In this document: positions 36,401 to 48,923 of the stretch, piece by piece
Layout: every line of letters begins with the position of its first letter
How positions within the stretch are numbered: position 1 is the first letter of the stretch
Assembly: GCF_001447785.1 (NCBI RefSeq)
Contig: NW_015165238.1
Coordinates: 66,539 to 130,538 of the forward strand
Length of the DNA stretch: 64,000 nucleotides
Direction: 5' to 3'
Source of the DNA: Gekko japonicus
Lineage: Eukaryota
The notes under the pieces: generated by a model
What the model was told of the DNA's origin: nothing
Seen by the model: the letters and a program-made list of their open reading frames with translations, nothing else
Database searches by the model: none
Position numbers and translations under genes: made by a program

Positions 36401-37718
36401 AGTGCTCCTCCTTGGAGCCCTGTGCATTGATCCTAGAAGGCAAAAGTTCCTGCGCACCATTTCAGGACAGGGATGGGCCTTATTAATTTAATAAATATAT
36501 TTGTATCTTGTCATTTTCATTTGTGGGTGCACAGAATATGGTATACAGTTGGCTTTTGAATCCTCGACTATTACTATGGTATTTTTGTCTCCAGGCTTAG
36601 TCCAGAGTTTTATTGTTTATAACACAATAATAATCATCACAGTTTTTTACCTCATCTTGTGCCATTTTGTGACTGTGCTTGTTCTTTATCATGTTATGCA
36701 TTAGAATTTACAACAATTAACCTCGGCAGCTGTTACACAAATTTGTTTTTAATTGGTGCTTCTAAGAAGACCCACTTGGAATCTTGGTGATTTAAAAACT
36801 GAAGCACTGAAAAGTAATATTGGTTCAAAATTTTGCTGGCTGAAAATCTGGTTTCAAATCTTAAAGAGGGACAGAAGCATTTTGTTGTTTGTGTCTGATG
36901 GCTGTGATCACTTGTGCACCAATTGTCCAATCCATTTGGTTTTCTATGATCATCATTGCATGGCAGCTGAACAGCTTAATGACTATGGTGTCTTGATTCT
37001 ATTCCCTTCTGCCTTGGAAAAAAATTATTTCATCTACACAGTCAGTGGAATATATTCTCTCAGGAAGTTATGAATGGTTGGGTCAAGTAATTCAATAGCA
37101 TGGGAGTAATATGGTTCTCAGAAGGCTGCATGAAAATACCGTAGTGGTAGGTAATGGAAATTAATCTTGGACAGTAGCACTGAATGAATAGGATGCAACC
37201 TCCTTCCAAAAATGCTCACTATTTTATGGAAGCTTCATCTGACAACAAGGTTCATCAAAAGATCAGAAATTGATAACACTTTTTAATTTTAAAAAATCTG
37301 ACTTCTCCAACTTATATGACAATGGAAGTCAACTTCACATCCACCAGCAACCCCAGTGGAACTTTTCTCCATGTTGTAGAATTCCCAACAAACAGGAAAC
37401 AAATATGTATATCATACAAATATACATATCGTATATATATCACACTTTGTGGTTTACTTAATTTGCCCTAAGAGACTTAAGAAGACCACTAGCAATTATG
37501 CCTTCCCATTCTGGGTTGTGCTTCATGGTCATATATGTAATATAATGTTGGTGAGAGAAGACAGTTCTTAGTTCTGTCTTAGTTCTTAACTTACTTTTCA
37601 TTTGACCCAAAAGACTTGAACAAATCAAAATCCAGGTCTCTTAGAGGCAATCACTGCAGCTAAGGAGAAGATAGAAAGACAGATAGAATTATAGAGAACA
37701 GAGAAACACATGATAGGT

Positions 37719-38660
37719 TCATGTCCTTCCAGACATCAGTTTCCTGGTCAACATTTTTTTCAGAGCAGATTTTACCTCTTGATTCCTAAGAGTATAAATT
37801 AGAGGATTCAAAACTGGAGTGATTGCACTATACAATATAGTGACAATCATCTCCCTTTCAGCCGATTCACCCGTAGATGCAAGCATGTAGTTGGAAAGAA
37901 CTGGAACGTACAAGAGAGCTACAACCGTCAGATGGGAGGCACAAGTTGAGAAGGCTTTCCAACGGCTCTTCCAGGACTGGACTTTGAAGAAGAGGAAGAA
38001 TATGATGTAAAAGTAGGAAAGAAGGGTGAGGAAGAAGGCACCCAGAGCAATTGAACCAGTGACAATATTAAGAAGGCTGAGGTTGAGAGTGGTACTACTG
38101 CAGGCCAATTTTAGGAGGGGCTTGATGTCGCAAAAGAAATGCTGGACATGATTGGAGCCACAGAACCATAGACGGGAGGTCAGAACTGTGTGCATAAGGG
38201 CATGGAAGAAACCAGCAGCCCAGGTCGCCCCAGCTAGCAGGAGACAAGTCAATTTATTCATGATGACCGTGTAACGCAGAGGGTTGCAAATAGCCACACA
38301 GCGATCAAATGCCATAACACCCAGAAGGATGCCTTCACTGCTTCCCAAGAAGTGGAAAAAGTGCAGCTGAGTCAGGCACCCAGTAAAAGAAATTGCCTGA
38401 GGCTCCACTAGGAACCCACTCAGCATTTTTGGCACAGTAACAGTACAACTACATATGTCCAGCCAGGACAGATTGCCTAGAAAAAAGTACATAGGGGTGT
38501 GAAGGCGTGGTTCTACTACCACTACAGCCAAAATAGCTCCATTCCCCAATAAGCTGGCTATGTAGATCAGCAGAAAAAATATAAAGAGAATGTGTTGGTT
38601 TTGGTGGTCTTTTGTTAGTCCAGTGAAAACAAACTCATGCATCTCTGTCTGGTTTTCCAT
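37719..38660 (-). CDS. Olfactory receptor, OR12D-like (intact; start MENQTE)
   Basis: Full OR motif set, MAFDRC variant, NQT sequon; acceptor ttccacag 2 nt before the ATG. Confidence 0.94.
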   Translation of the reverse strand: MENQTEMHEFVFTGLTKDHQNQHILFIFFLLIYIASLLGNGAILAVVVVEPRLHTPMYFFLGNLSWLDICSCTVTVPKMLSGFLVEPQAISFTGCLTQLHFFHFLGSSEGILLGVMAFDRCVAICNPLRYTVIMNKLTCLLLAGATWAAGFFHALMHTVLTSRLWFCGSNHVQHFFCDIKPLLKLACSSTTLNLSLLNIVTGSIALGAFFLTLLSYFYIIFFLFFKVQSWKSRWKAFSTCASHLTVVALLYVPVLSNYMLASTGESAEREMIVTILYSAITPVLNPLIYTLRNQEVKSALKKMLTRKLMSGRT

Positions 38661-38963
38661 TGCTGTGGAAATAGAAGACAAAAATTAACAACTGGTCAGT
38701 TGTTCCATAACAAAATGAAAAGTCGGCAAGAAAAGACAGCATTGTTGTGATGGATAGGAAGCTTTAAGGCTGACTCCTATGAGGCTCTATTTTAAAGTGT
38801 GGCTATCCAAATAAAAAGCACATGTGTACTGTGTTAAATTTGGAATGTTCATTAGTGCATCAATAGGCATATTTCTCATTTTAGGAAAAATGCATGACAG
38901 TGGTGCCCATGTGTAGATTATTTCCTAGAAGTAGTATACATGCAGTATGAAAGGTCATCTTCA

Positions 38964-39370
38964 TCTGGTATTTGATAACAACAGCAAAAATGATATATGC
39001 CCAATACTGGAAACAAGAAAAAATACCAGATCTGGAGGAGTGGATACAAAAAGTTCTGTTCATGGCTGAAATGGACAAAATAACCAGAAAATTGAACAAT
39101 GAAAAGGACCAAGAATTTTATGAAGAATGGAAGGACTTCAAAATATATCTGGAAAAGAACTGGGACGTGAAACAAAATTTACTTTGTCTAGAACTATATT
39201 AATTACTTGATGTTATCTTAAATCTATCTATCTATGTGGGACATGAGGGAAACGCATTGCGGGAAGCCTTTTGGGGGAGGGAGGGAAAATGGGATATATA
39301 ACCGATTGATAAAAAGATGTAAAAGGTGAGAACAATGAAAATAAAAAACTTTTTGAACAACAAAAAAAAA
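38964..39370 (+). mobile_element. L1-clade LINE 3' end
   Basis: ITTAKMIYAQYWKQEKIPDLEEWIQKV..EEWKDF (L1 ORF2 C-terminus); AATAAA and poly-A; 15-bp TSD gaaaggtcatcttca / gaaaagtcatcttca. Confidence 0.88.
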
Positions 39371-39577
39371 GAAAAGTCATCTTCAGGCTAGATGGGCAGT
39401 GACCTAAGAAAGGACCTTCTGAATTCTGGCACCAAAACTAAGGCATTCCCTCCCCAGGGAGATTTGTCTGTCCCCTTCTATCGTTATCTTCGACCAGTAG
39501 GTGAAATCCTTTCTCTTTTGTTTGATATTCTTTCACTAACCCTGCATCCCATTTATGTGTTCTAATAGGTTTATGCA

Positions 39578-40102
39578 GGCCCCGGTCACATGGGCCAGAT
39601 AACGCAGGGGAGGGGGAGGCATGGCAGCCCAGAGCAAAATAAAGTGCAGTAGCCCGATCACACGGTCCCCCGAGTCTCCGTGCTTCAGCTGTTAGCTGGC
39701 GATCACACGGCGATGCTGCAGCCTGGCAAAGAAGTGGCGTGGCGCGATCACACAAGCGTTTTGCATTTGTGCGCATGCGCAGTTCCACGGAGCAGCACTG
39801 CTTTCAGTTTCATGTTTGTGCACACGCACTTATGAAAAACATCTGGCTTGTGACGGGACGTGGACGGGCACTGGATGCCATGGGATACTAGCACTCCCGT
39901 GATCAGATGCCCACCTGTGCCGTGCGTTTTCCAGATACTAGTGCACTTTCCTTGGTACTTTTTAACTCCACATCGTCGGCGGGATGCCACAGGTTGGCCA
40001 CGGGTGTGCTACGCTTCACAGATGTTGCGGTGTGATCATGCCCTGAAAATCCGCCCAACATTCGTGCCTTTCGCGCAGCAAATTCTCCATGTGACTGGGG
40101 CC
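39578..40102. mobile_element. PIF/Harbinger-type MITE
   Basis: TIR ggccccggtcacatgg / ccatgtgactggggcc, same type as 15787-16316; repeated gatcacac subterminal motifs. Confidence 0.8.
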
Positions 40103-40513
40103 ATATATAAGTTAAAGTTTGGGTTTTTTTATTGTTTGTCACTTTGGATACCCTAAGTTGAGTGGAAAGATGGCATAAAATTAAATCAGTAAACAATGTC
40201 ATATTCACACCTACTAGCTTCGTTATCCTTATCCACACCGAGTTAAAAGAAAAAAGAATAAAAAAAGAAATCTCTTGTAGAATGAGCCATATAGGAATTA
40301 CTCCAGTCAAAGCAAAAACATAAGACTAGCTGGTGGTTCCAGGCCAAAGTAGCTTTTCCAGGGCAGGGTCAAATAAACTAACACTTTGTATGTTAACTTC
40401 AGAGAGCAGCCATGTTGTTCTGTGGAAGAACACCTAGATTTGAGTTCAGTTGATGAGCTGATAAAATCCAAAGCTTTGCAAGCTCATACCTTGAAAATCT
40501 TGATGATCTCTAT

Positions 40514-41097
40514 GAAGAAGAAGAAGAAGAGATTGGATTTATACCCCGCCCTTCACTACCCAAAGGAGTCTCAGAGCGGCTTACAAACTCCTTCCCCTTC
40601 CCCTCCCCACAACAGACACCCTGTGAGGTAGGTGGGGCTGAGAGAACTCTGACTCAAACTGCTCTTTTTCAAGGACAGCTATGCCAGAGCTTGTGACTGA
40701 CCCAAGGTCACATCAGCAGGTGCAAGTGGAGGAGTGGGGAATCAAACCCAGTTCTCCCAGATTAGAGTCCGCACACTTAACCACTACACCAAACTGGCTC
40801 TACACCAAACTTAACCACTACACAAAATATACACATTATGCAGACATGTGTATTAAAATCATATCCCACATTTATGTAATACAAAACTCCTTTCCCTTCC
40901 CCTCCCCACAACAGACACCCTGTGAGGTAGGTGGGGCTGAGAGAACTCTGACTCAAACTGCTCTTTTTCAAGGACAGCTATGCCAGAGCTTGTGACTGAC
41001 CCAAGGTCACATCAGCAGGTGCAAGTGGAGGAGTGGGGAATCAAACCCAGTTCTCCCAGATTAGAGTCCGCACACTTAACCACTACACCAAACTGGC
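40514..41097 (-). mobile_element. Two tandem, near-identical Squam3-like SINE copies (40514-40800, 40881-41097)
   Basis: About 215 bp repeated almost exactly, with an ~80-bp spacer. Confidence 0.88.
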
Positions 41098-41825
41098 TAC
41101 TAGACTTGAATCTACCTTGTATTTTATCACTGTATTCATCCCATTTTGAAACCTTTCTCTAGTCTTAGGAGCTTCTTCAACAAGAGAGCCTCTTCCAGTA
41201 AAGACCTCATTCATTATTTCCTAATCATATCTCAAGTTCTAGGGTTTTTTTTAAAAAAGGCAATCTTATTCCCTTGTTAATTCCCATTTACTTTAGCATT
41301 GTAGTTTGCTCTTTCTTGGTAGCATCCATCTCTGTGGGGCTTCTTCAATGTTTTTCATGACTGGAATGCTAAACTCAGCTGATAGACAGAAGATATCAAT
41401 GGCCCCATTTCCTCTTAAACACCTGGTGTTTGTCTCATTCCCTTCCCAGTGTTCTTGTATTAGTGTTTTTAATTCAAATAATTCAGGCCAATCTATATCC
41501 TTTGTTTAAAAATTGGCTGGTTAGTGTTGCTGGTTGGGGAATTAAGTAGCCCAAGACTATTAGAAAAGGAGATTTTTTTTCAATAAATCAAAGTGAACTT
41601 TAATTTGCATATGACTAGTTTTCAGAATGCATGCAGAATTTGTGGAAGGGCCCTTGAGAATAAGTTGGAATTACTTGTAAGTATATATGAAGTAACCATA
41701 GCTGCAAGTTTTTAAAATGCTCCAGGATCTACTTATTATGATCTACTTTTTTTCTGAATGACTGCAAGGGAGGGCATCGCTAAAACAGCCATCTCAGCTA
41801 TTAGTCTGGACATAAAGTTGTCATT

Positions 41826-42089
41826 GAGAGCCAGTTTTGTGTTTTGGTTAAGTGCACGGACTCTAATCTGGGAGAACCAGGTTTGATTCCCCACTCCTCC
41901 ACTTGCATTGTTCTGATAAGAGCTGTTCTTGAAAAAGAGTAGTTTCTGTCAAGAGCTCTCTCAGCCCCACCTACCTCACAGGGTGTCTGTTGTGGGGAGG
42001 GGAAGGGAAAGGAGTTTGTAAGCCACTCTGAGACACCTTTGGGTAGTGAAGGGCGGGGTATAAATCCAATCTCCTCCTCCTCCTCCTCC
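41826..42089 (+). mobile_element. Squam3-like SINE with (TCC)n tail
   Basis: Head gagagccagttttgtgttttggttaag..ggtttgattcccc; same body as the other copies. Confidence 0.85.
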
Positions 42090-43139
42090 ATTAGAGAAGT
42101 AAGGATCTAAACTCTCTTTTTTGTTTCATATGTCAATAAGAAAATTTTGATTCATCCATATGCTTTGCTTATGTCCCTGTTTTGTTTCTTTTCTGCCATT
42201 TTAAACCAGTTTTATTCCATTTTGTGGCATGTATATGTTAGACACTATTTATATGCCTTTATATGCAGTTGACACATAGAGAATGTCAATATCAAGTGAC
42301 TGTAATGGAGGGAAATCTGACAGGAGAAAACAGAAAATGTCATGAAAATAAAAACTTATAATTTTGACTTGCACAAAGGAGTATTTTGAGTTACAAAGAA
42401 TATTCAAGATGGTGGGCCTGTAACCTTTGATAGAATCCCGGGATTGGATACAGATTTTTCCTTCACTCTTGCCCTATTCCCCTTTTTATAGCCCCTGTCC
42501 AACATGGCTTTTGTCCATGTAGGTCTTATGATCCCTGGCATAGTCTTTTTGGATGGCCAAAGAAAATTATTCTCTCGCGCTCTCTCTCTCTTTTTTACAC
42601 CAGCAGAAAAGTTGGTTGGATCCAACCCCTCATTCTGCTGAAGTGGAGGGCATGTCCTCTGATATAATAAAGTCATATTTCCTGCATAGCAAACCATTTT
42701 GTAAACTTCCTTACACCTCAATGTCAAAAGTTTCTTTAATTGCAGATAAATCTCTACTAGGGTATTGAATGTAGAGGTCCTGGAATTCAAGGTTTCGTTC
42801 TGAAAATGTTGACATTGTTCAAATATTAAAATGAACAAAACCAAACAGTATGTTTAAATTAGAATAATACAATTTGAATTACATTTTAACTCAGTTCAGT
42901 TTTCTTCATTGACAAGACTTCTCCTTTGATCTTAATAAATTGCATACATGAGCACTGAAAGATTTCCCACAAATTCTAGTATACCCCTTCATACAACTGA
43001 ACAGATAAACTGGCTTGTAGGGTAGATTGTGGCTGCCCACTTTTCAGCTGGCACCTGCAGCTGCATTTTGAGATGAGCAGTTATCAGATGGAACAATGAC
43101 ATGGAGAAAAACATTATTACCTGCTTCTAAAGGTACAGA

Positions 43140-43369
43140 TCCTGCCAACCTAGCAGTTCGAAAGCAAGAAATTGCAAGTAGATAAATAGGGACCACTTCG
43201 GTGGGAAGGTAACAGCGTTCCGTGTGCCGTGGTGTTTAGTCATGCTGGCCACCTGACCACGGAAACGTCTTCGGACAGCGCTGGCTCTTCAGCTTTGAAA
43301 CGGAGATGAGCACTGCAACCCTAGAGTCGGATTCGACTGGCTTTCAAGCAAGGGAACCTTTACCTTTAC
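43140..43369 (+). mobile_element. 5'-truncated Sauria SINE (unit A only)
   Basis: 13-bp TSD ctaaaggtacaga; empty site at ~52858. Confidence 0.9.
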
Positions 43370-43782
43370 CTAAAGGTACAGAATAAGGAGGCAGTGCTTT
43401 AGTACTCAATGGGAAATGCAGAAAGACATTCCAGACACTTAAAAACTACATTTTTGCTTGTTTTCTCAAACCTACCTCACTTCTTCCACAGGATAGGATC
43501 CAATTGCCTTTTACTCTCATGTAAAAGAAGGAAGAGAGGTCTCCGTTAACCACCCAAAATGGCTAAGCTGACAGTCATGGTTGTCTGCATGGACAAAAGC
43601 TGTGTGATGACAGCTGTAGTAAGGAGGAGAATTGGATGAGATTGAATTAAAAAGCTGGCTGATTTCCACCCACTGTCACTGGAGGCATTCATACGTCATA
43701 CTTTCCCCCTTTCTGCTGCTCAACTAGGTAAGAGAGGACATGTGATGGAGTATGAGAGCCTTGCAGCTGATAATGTTTGTAC

Positions 43783-44073
43783 CAGGCTTCCCAAGTACTT
43801 ACCGTGATTCGGCGGGGGACACAGACGTCCTCCCAGGATCATTCCTGCGGGGACAACAAACGCGCAGCACCATGCCATCGCCAGGAAGTGACGCCGGGTG
43901 ACGCTCTGGCAATGGGGCTGGAAACTCGATGGTATCATTGAGTTTTCAGTCCTATTGCCAGAGCGTCGCCCAGCATCACTTCCTGGGGTTGGAATGGTGT
44001 GTTACAGGGAGGAATGGTCCAGCCGGGGAGCATGTTTCTCCCGCCGGATCACGGTAAGTACTTAGGAACCCTA
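43783..44073. mobile_element. hAT-type MITE (unit A only)
   Basis: Long TIR ..aagtacttaccgtgat..; TSD gtttgtac / gtttatac; empty site gtttatac at ~53264. Confidence 0.9.
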
Positions 44074-44087
44074 GTTTATACCCATAG

Positions 44088-44305
44088 TTGTGGTGAAAAG
44101 TGCTGTCAAGTCACAGCTGACTTACAGTGACCCCGTAGGATTTTCAAGGAAAGCGACATTCAGGGGTGCTTTGCCATTGCCTGCCTCTGCATAGCAACCC
44201 TGGACTTCTTTGGTGGTCTCCCATTGAAGTACGAACCAGGGCTGACCCTTCTGAGTTTGGAGATGAGATGAGATGACGTTAGCCTGGATAATCCAGAGCA
44301 GGGCA
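44088..44305 (-). mobile_element. 5S rRNA-derived SINE (paralogous copy at 53277-53493)
   Basis: ggtctcccattgaagtacgaaccagggctgaccc is the reverse complement of the 5S ICR. Confidence 0.8.
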
Positions 44306-44378
44306 ATATGCACAGACTCAACACTAATAACAATTCAATGGAGGATATCCAAAGGAAACTATTTGCTCCATGGATCGT

Positions 44379-44655
44379 ACCTGGATAGGTTGTGTTTTTG
44401 TTTTCTGAAGAGATGTTAAATCTGTACCTGAGAAGGTGAGGTGGTATAAGCAATTTTCAACTCCTGGGGAAGATGAAGAAGAGTGAGTTTAGGATGATGG
44501 GAGAACATTGCTTTATCATGTTTATCTGTGTCAGCATCTCATTAAAAGTTAGATGGGGTTTTTAGCGGAGATTTGACTCCTGGGACACACAAAGCCAGAA
44601 GAGAGTTCTTTTGGTTTTGAAAACATGAATGATTGATTAAATCTCAGGAGAGAGA
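44379..44655 (-). promoter_or_regulatory. Candidate promoter + non-coding exon 1 for OR 37719-38660
   Basis: AACTTTTAATGA on - at 44539-44550; O/E-like ctcctggga 44577 and tctcaggag 44642; donor CAG|GTACGA at 44379-44381. Confidence 0.6.
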
Positions 44656-44693
44656 ACTATTAAAATTATTTACAATGAAAAGTACTGCACAAA

Positions 44694-45066
44694 TTTAAAA
44701 TGGACCGTTTTTGATCAGGATATACAAATATGCTATGCCAGCCCCCCGTATCTCCCCAACCGATGGCAGATTTTCCCCGCCAAATCTTCAGTTCCCCTCA
44801 GATCACTGAGTTGCCCTACAGTAGCATGTATATCTTCTCCATTCCTTTTATATAAACTTGAAACTGCCCTACCCTTTGTTTAAAATGGACCGTTTTTGAT
44901 CAGGATATACAAATATGCTATGCCAGCCCCCCATATCTCCCCAACCGATGGCAGATTTTCCCCGCCAAATCTTCAGTTCCCCTCAGATCACTGAGTTGCC
45001 CTACAGTAGCATGTATATCTTCTCCATTCCTTTTATATAAACTTGAAAGTGCCCTACTCTTTGTTT
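44694..45066. repeat. 185-bp tandem duplication (2 copies, about 3 substitutions)
   Basis: tggaccgtttttgatcagg starts at 44701 and 44886. Confidence 0.92.
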
Positions 45067-45619
45067 AGGTATTGGCTTGGGTTTTAGACCGAGTACAGGA
45101 ACTTGAGGGAAAGATAGGAACTGTCCTGTTTGATAAACCCTTGTGAAATGGTACTTGAGGCAAATTAAGTTGCAAAAACAGAATAAACATTTTATTAAAA
45201 AGGCAGGAAATATAGGTATGTTAAAAATAGTCAAGGTGTTGAGATTGCTGAGGTAAAAACTTATATATACAGAGTTGAATTCTTAGAACATTCAAGAGAG
45301 TGTATTCATAGTTTTGTTTCAAGGTTTTCTAGTTCTTTCTTTGAGTGGTTCTTTGTTTAGTATATTCTCCTTGTCCCTATGAAGCAATAACTCATTTTAC
45401 TATTTGGCTTGTATGGGAGTTCACTCTAACTACCCAGAGCTTCTGTCAAATCCTTCTCCAGTATCCTTTGTCTGTATATGGTTGTTCTGAATTCTCCCTC
45501 AGAGCATTTTTAATATATTTAAGAAAAGGGGATTTCTCTTCTCTGTAGAAGTACATTTCTGACTATTGCCTGTCAGAAAACACTGACTCCCAAATGTCTC
45601 TTCCCTCAGAAGCCAAACC

Positions 45620-45846
45620 ATCAGTGGCTATTAGCCACAAGGTATAGATAGGAACTCTCAGTCTGGGGCAAGGGATGCTCTGTATTCTTGGTGCTTGGGG
45701 GGGGGAGTGGGAGGGCTTCTAGTGTTCTGGCCCCACTGCTGGACCTGATGGCACCTGGTTTTTTTTGCCACTGTGTGACAGAGTGTTGGACTGGATGGGC
45801 CTTTGGCCTGATCCAACATTGGCTTCTCATATGTTCTTATGTTCTT
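45620..45846 (+). mobile_element. CR1 3' end
   Basis: catcagtggctattagccacaagg..ctggatgggcc..tatgttcttatgttctt. Confidence 0.85.
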
Positions 45847-47459
45847 CGGCTGCTGATGCAGACCATAGATTTCAGACAAAGACCAAAAGCAAAAGACATA
45901 TTTTCTCTCCAGATCAGCTGTTTTATTTATCTCTCTTCTGAGGTTGGCCAATCAGAGAGTGAGCAGAGCAGCCAATCATATAAGCTCTTCTCTCGAGAAA
46001 AGATTAACTCATGAACTCCCTGACTCTCTGACACAAGCAGTTTTACTTGTTTATTTTTAGCTGAATGTTGTCATTATTTTACACAATTTCATAGCCATAG
46101 GTCCTTTTTTTTGTTTTCTTCCATTTTATATCCTGTGAGATCCATCAGTAGAGCTGAGCTTACCTAGAAGGAATTTCCTACCCCCCACCCCCAGCTGCAT
46201 CTCAAAAAAATATTTCCGGAGATCGGGTACCTTCATGGACAACACAGCAAGAAGAAAGAGCCTAGAGGACACAAATCACCATTTTAATCTCATATATCAT
46301 TTTATACCATTTTTATGCTGAGGCATCCAGTTCTATTACATTTCATAAGTGAAATTTCATCCTGATTGGGGTTTGTGTGCTCACAACATTTATTACGATA
46401 TCTAATTTGGGATGGGCCCTGCTCATATCTTTCACAGCAACACAACGTAGAAAATTAATAAGTGACATTTTTCACAGATGGGGCAATTGTGTGTGTGTGT
46501 AGGGGGGGATTCACCAATGAAATTGCTCAATCAGGCTACAGTAGGGAGCCGAGCCACAGCTGCCTTTTGTTTGCCTTTGTTTGGCGAATCCACCCTGGCT
46601 CCAAATTTGACCAGTGGCCCTGCTTAACCTTGCCTGCATGTGATGTGCTGCAAGGTTCCAAGCCCCATTCCCCTTCCCTGTTGCACCATAAAGCCAGTAC
46701 CAGGTTTGAAAAGACGTTGCTCAGGACCAAGCACACTCCTCCCCAAGCCCCATCTCACCATAAAGCCAGTGATGGTCAGTTCCAATCATGCCCTCCATCA
46801 CCAGGCCTAATTACTGGCTAATCCTACAGTATCCCACAGGAGAGTGGGTGGGTCAGCAGCAGACACCAAATGCCTGCATGAAGGGGTGTAGCTTATCTAA
46901 GCTCCAGCCCTGGCCAATTATCGTCTTGTGTCTCATTTGGCAGAAAGGAGCTAGGATAAACATGTCCATGGCTGCTAATGCTATGTATGCCACTTTAACC
47001 ATCAAAAAAGATTGTTCTCATCTAATCTGAGATGTGCATAGGCAAAAGCCATGTGGGCCAAAGGCATAAATAAGGAGGAAAATTAGGTGAGATTGAGAGG
47101 AAAAGCAGACTAGATCCAAGCTGCTGATGTATGTGGAACCCTGGAAATTAGACAAGGAGTCACCTTGTCATCCAGGGTTAAAGCATAATTAAAGCGCTTC
47201 TATTTTGCCACATCAGAAATTTTTCAGACTCAGGTCTGCTTCATCAGATGGATGAAATGTTATGTTCAGTTGACAGTATCTCCAATTATTTGTAAACCTT
47301 TCTTCTCTTTAGAGGAACTATAAGGACTTTTCCCATCTTTCTTAGCTCTAGCCATTGCTAAGACAGTTTTGGTGGCCAAAATGTCAATGACATAATTAGT
47401 ATTAACAAATAAGAAAAATCATGAAGCCTTCTAGATTTCCTCTGCTTTCTCATAAAAAC

Positions 47460-47632
47460 TTAAGAGAACATAAGGGAAGTCAATGGCTCATCCAGTCCAA
47501 CACACTGTTTCACCCAGTGGCCAACACCAAGGTGCCATCAAGAGGTCCACCAGTAGAGCCAGAACTCCAGAAGCCCTCCCACTGCTGCTCCCCAAGCATC
47601 AAGAATACTGTGCCCCAGACACAGTGTTCTCA
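47460..47632 (-). mobile_element. CR1 3' end (degenerate)
   Basis: Reverse complement of the same CR1 3' UTR. Confidence 0.7.
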
Positions 47633-47919
47633 GTCCCTAGGAAATGTAGAAATGGGACCAGATTTCTCAAACAAAGATGATGCTGTGATTTTCTTGATCA
47701 CTGTCTCTTTGGTTGTGCACAAGGCTATCCCTGTACTTCTGACATTAGCCACCATGTCATGAGAGAGCATGTGGACATGACTGAGCACAATATTGACCTT
47801 TCTAGGAATATTTTCCTTTATGCATATTGACATGTGTAAATGGGAACATCTCCTACTACATTCCCAGTCTTTGTTAGGGACTCTTGCGTAGGATAGATCA
47901 TAATGGAATGTTGTGGATG

Positions 47920-48284
47920 TAGGGTTGCCACGTCTGAATGCAACACCGGTGGGGTGTGGAAGGGAACTTTCCAGGAGTGGGGGGAACACCGAGACATGCT
48001 GACATCACATGAAAGTGGCATCATCGCATCAGGGATGTTGCACAGTGATGCTCTGGTTTTTGGTAAAAACTTTACAGTATAATCAGCCTCAAATCATACA
48101 GTTTTCCCCAAATACAAGATCATCAATGTACAGCATCCCTAACATGCTGACATCACTTCCATGTGATGTCAGTGCATTGCTGTTTCTGGGTGGGACTTCC
48201 TTCTGCTCGCCAGGTGGCCAGTGGTGGGCAGAAGCCCAAAAAACTGAAGGTCCCCCTCCTCCCCATTGGGGAATGGCAGCCTTC
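47920..48284. mobile_element. Old hAT-type MITE (tagggttgcc family)
   Basis: tagggttgcca ... tggcagccttc; flanks tgtggatg / tgtgaatc. Confidence 0.6.
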
Positions 48285-48923
48285 TGTGAATCATCACTTA
48301 CAACATGTTATTCTGTTCTTTCTTCATGTGTCACCTGTACATCATGAGGTTCATTGTGTCTACCCTGACAAGCAAGCTGCCAAAGTGGTTAATAAAGTCA
48401 GGTTTATCTCATGAAGGGTAATAGAAATCTATCAGGAAATCTGTCCCAGTTTCTGGCTATGGATTACATGGATGCACTCATCTCCTCAAAATTTTTATTA
48501 TTTTTACTGAATATGACTTGAACAAGAAGAAGAAAATATCATCAAGTTGTAACCAACTCATGACAACCCCATCTATGGTGTGTTCGGGGGAAGAGACGAG
48601 CAAAAGTAGTTTTCCATTGCCTTCCTTTGCATAGCAATCCCATTCTTCTTTGGCAATCTCCCAACCAAGTGATATATTGGACAACTCTGCTTAGCTCCCA
48701 AGTGCTGATGAGCTCAGATTAAGCTGGGCTATCCAAACTGCTTGAGTTGAACAAAGATATAGGTAATGGGGGCAGAGGGGAGAACATTAAAGGATCATCT
48801 TAGATACACTTCAACAGGGATGCAGCCAGTGCAGTGACTCTACAAATCTTAATGAATGCATCTTGGTCAATCAAGAGTATGAAAGAAATGTGGGGACAGG
48901 AAACCAAGAGGGGGAAAATAAAT

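Noticed and set aside
41826-41900. tRNA gene
   Set aside because: A/B boxes belong to a SINE head; no convincing cloverleaf, and a SINE body follows.
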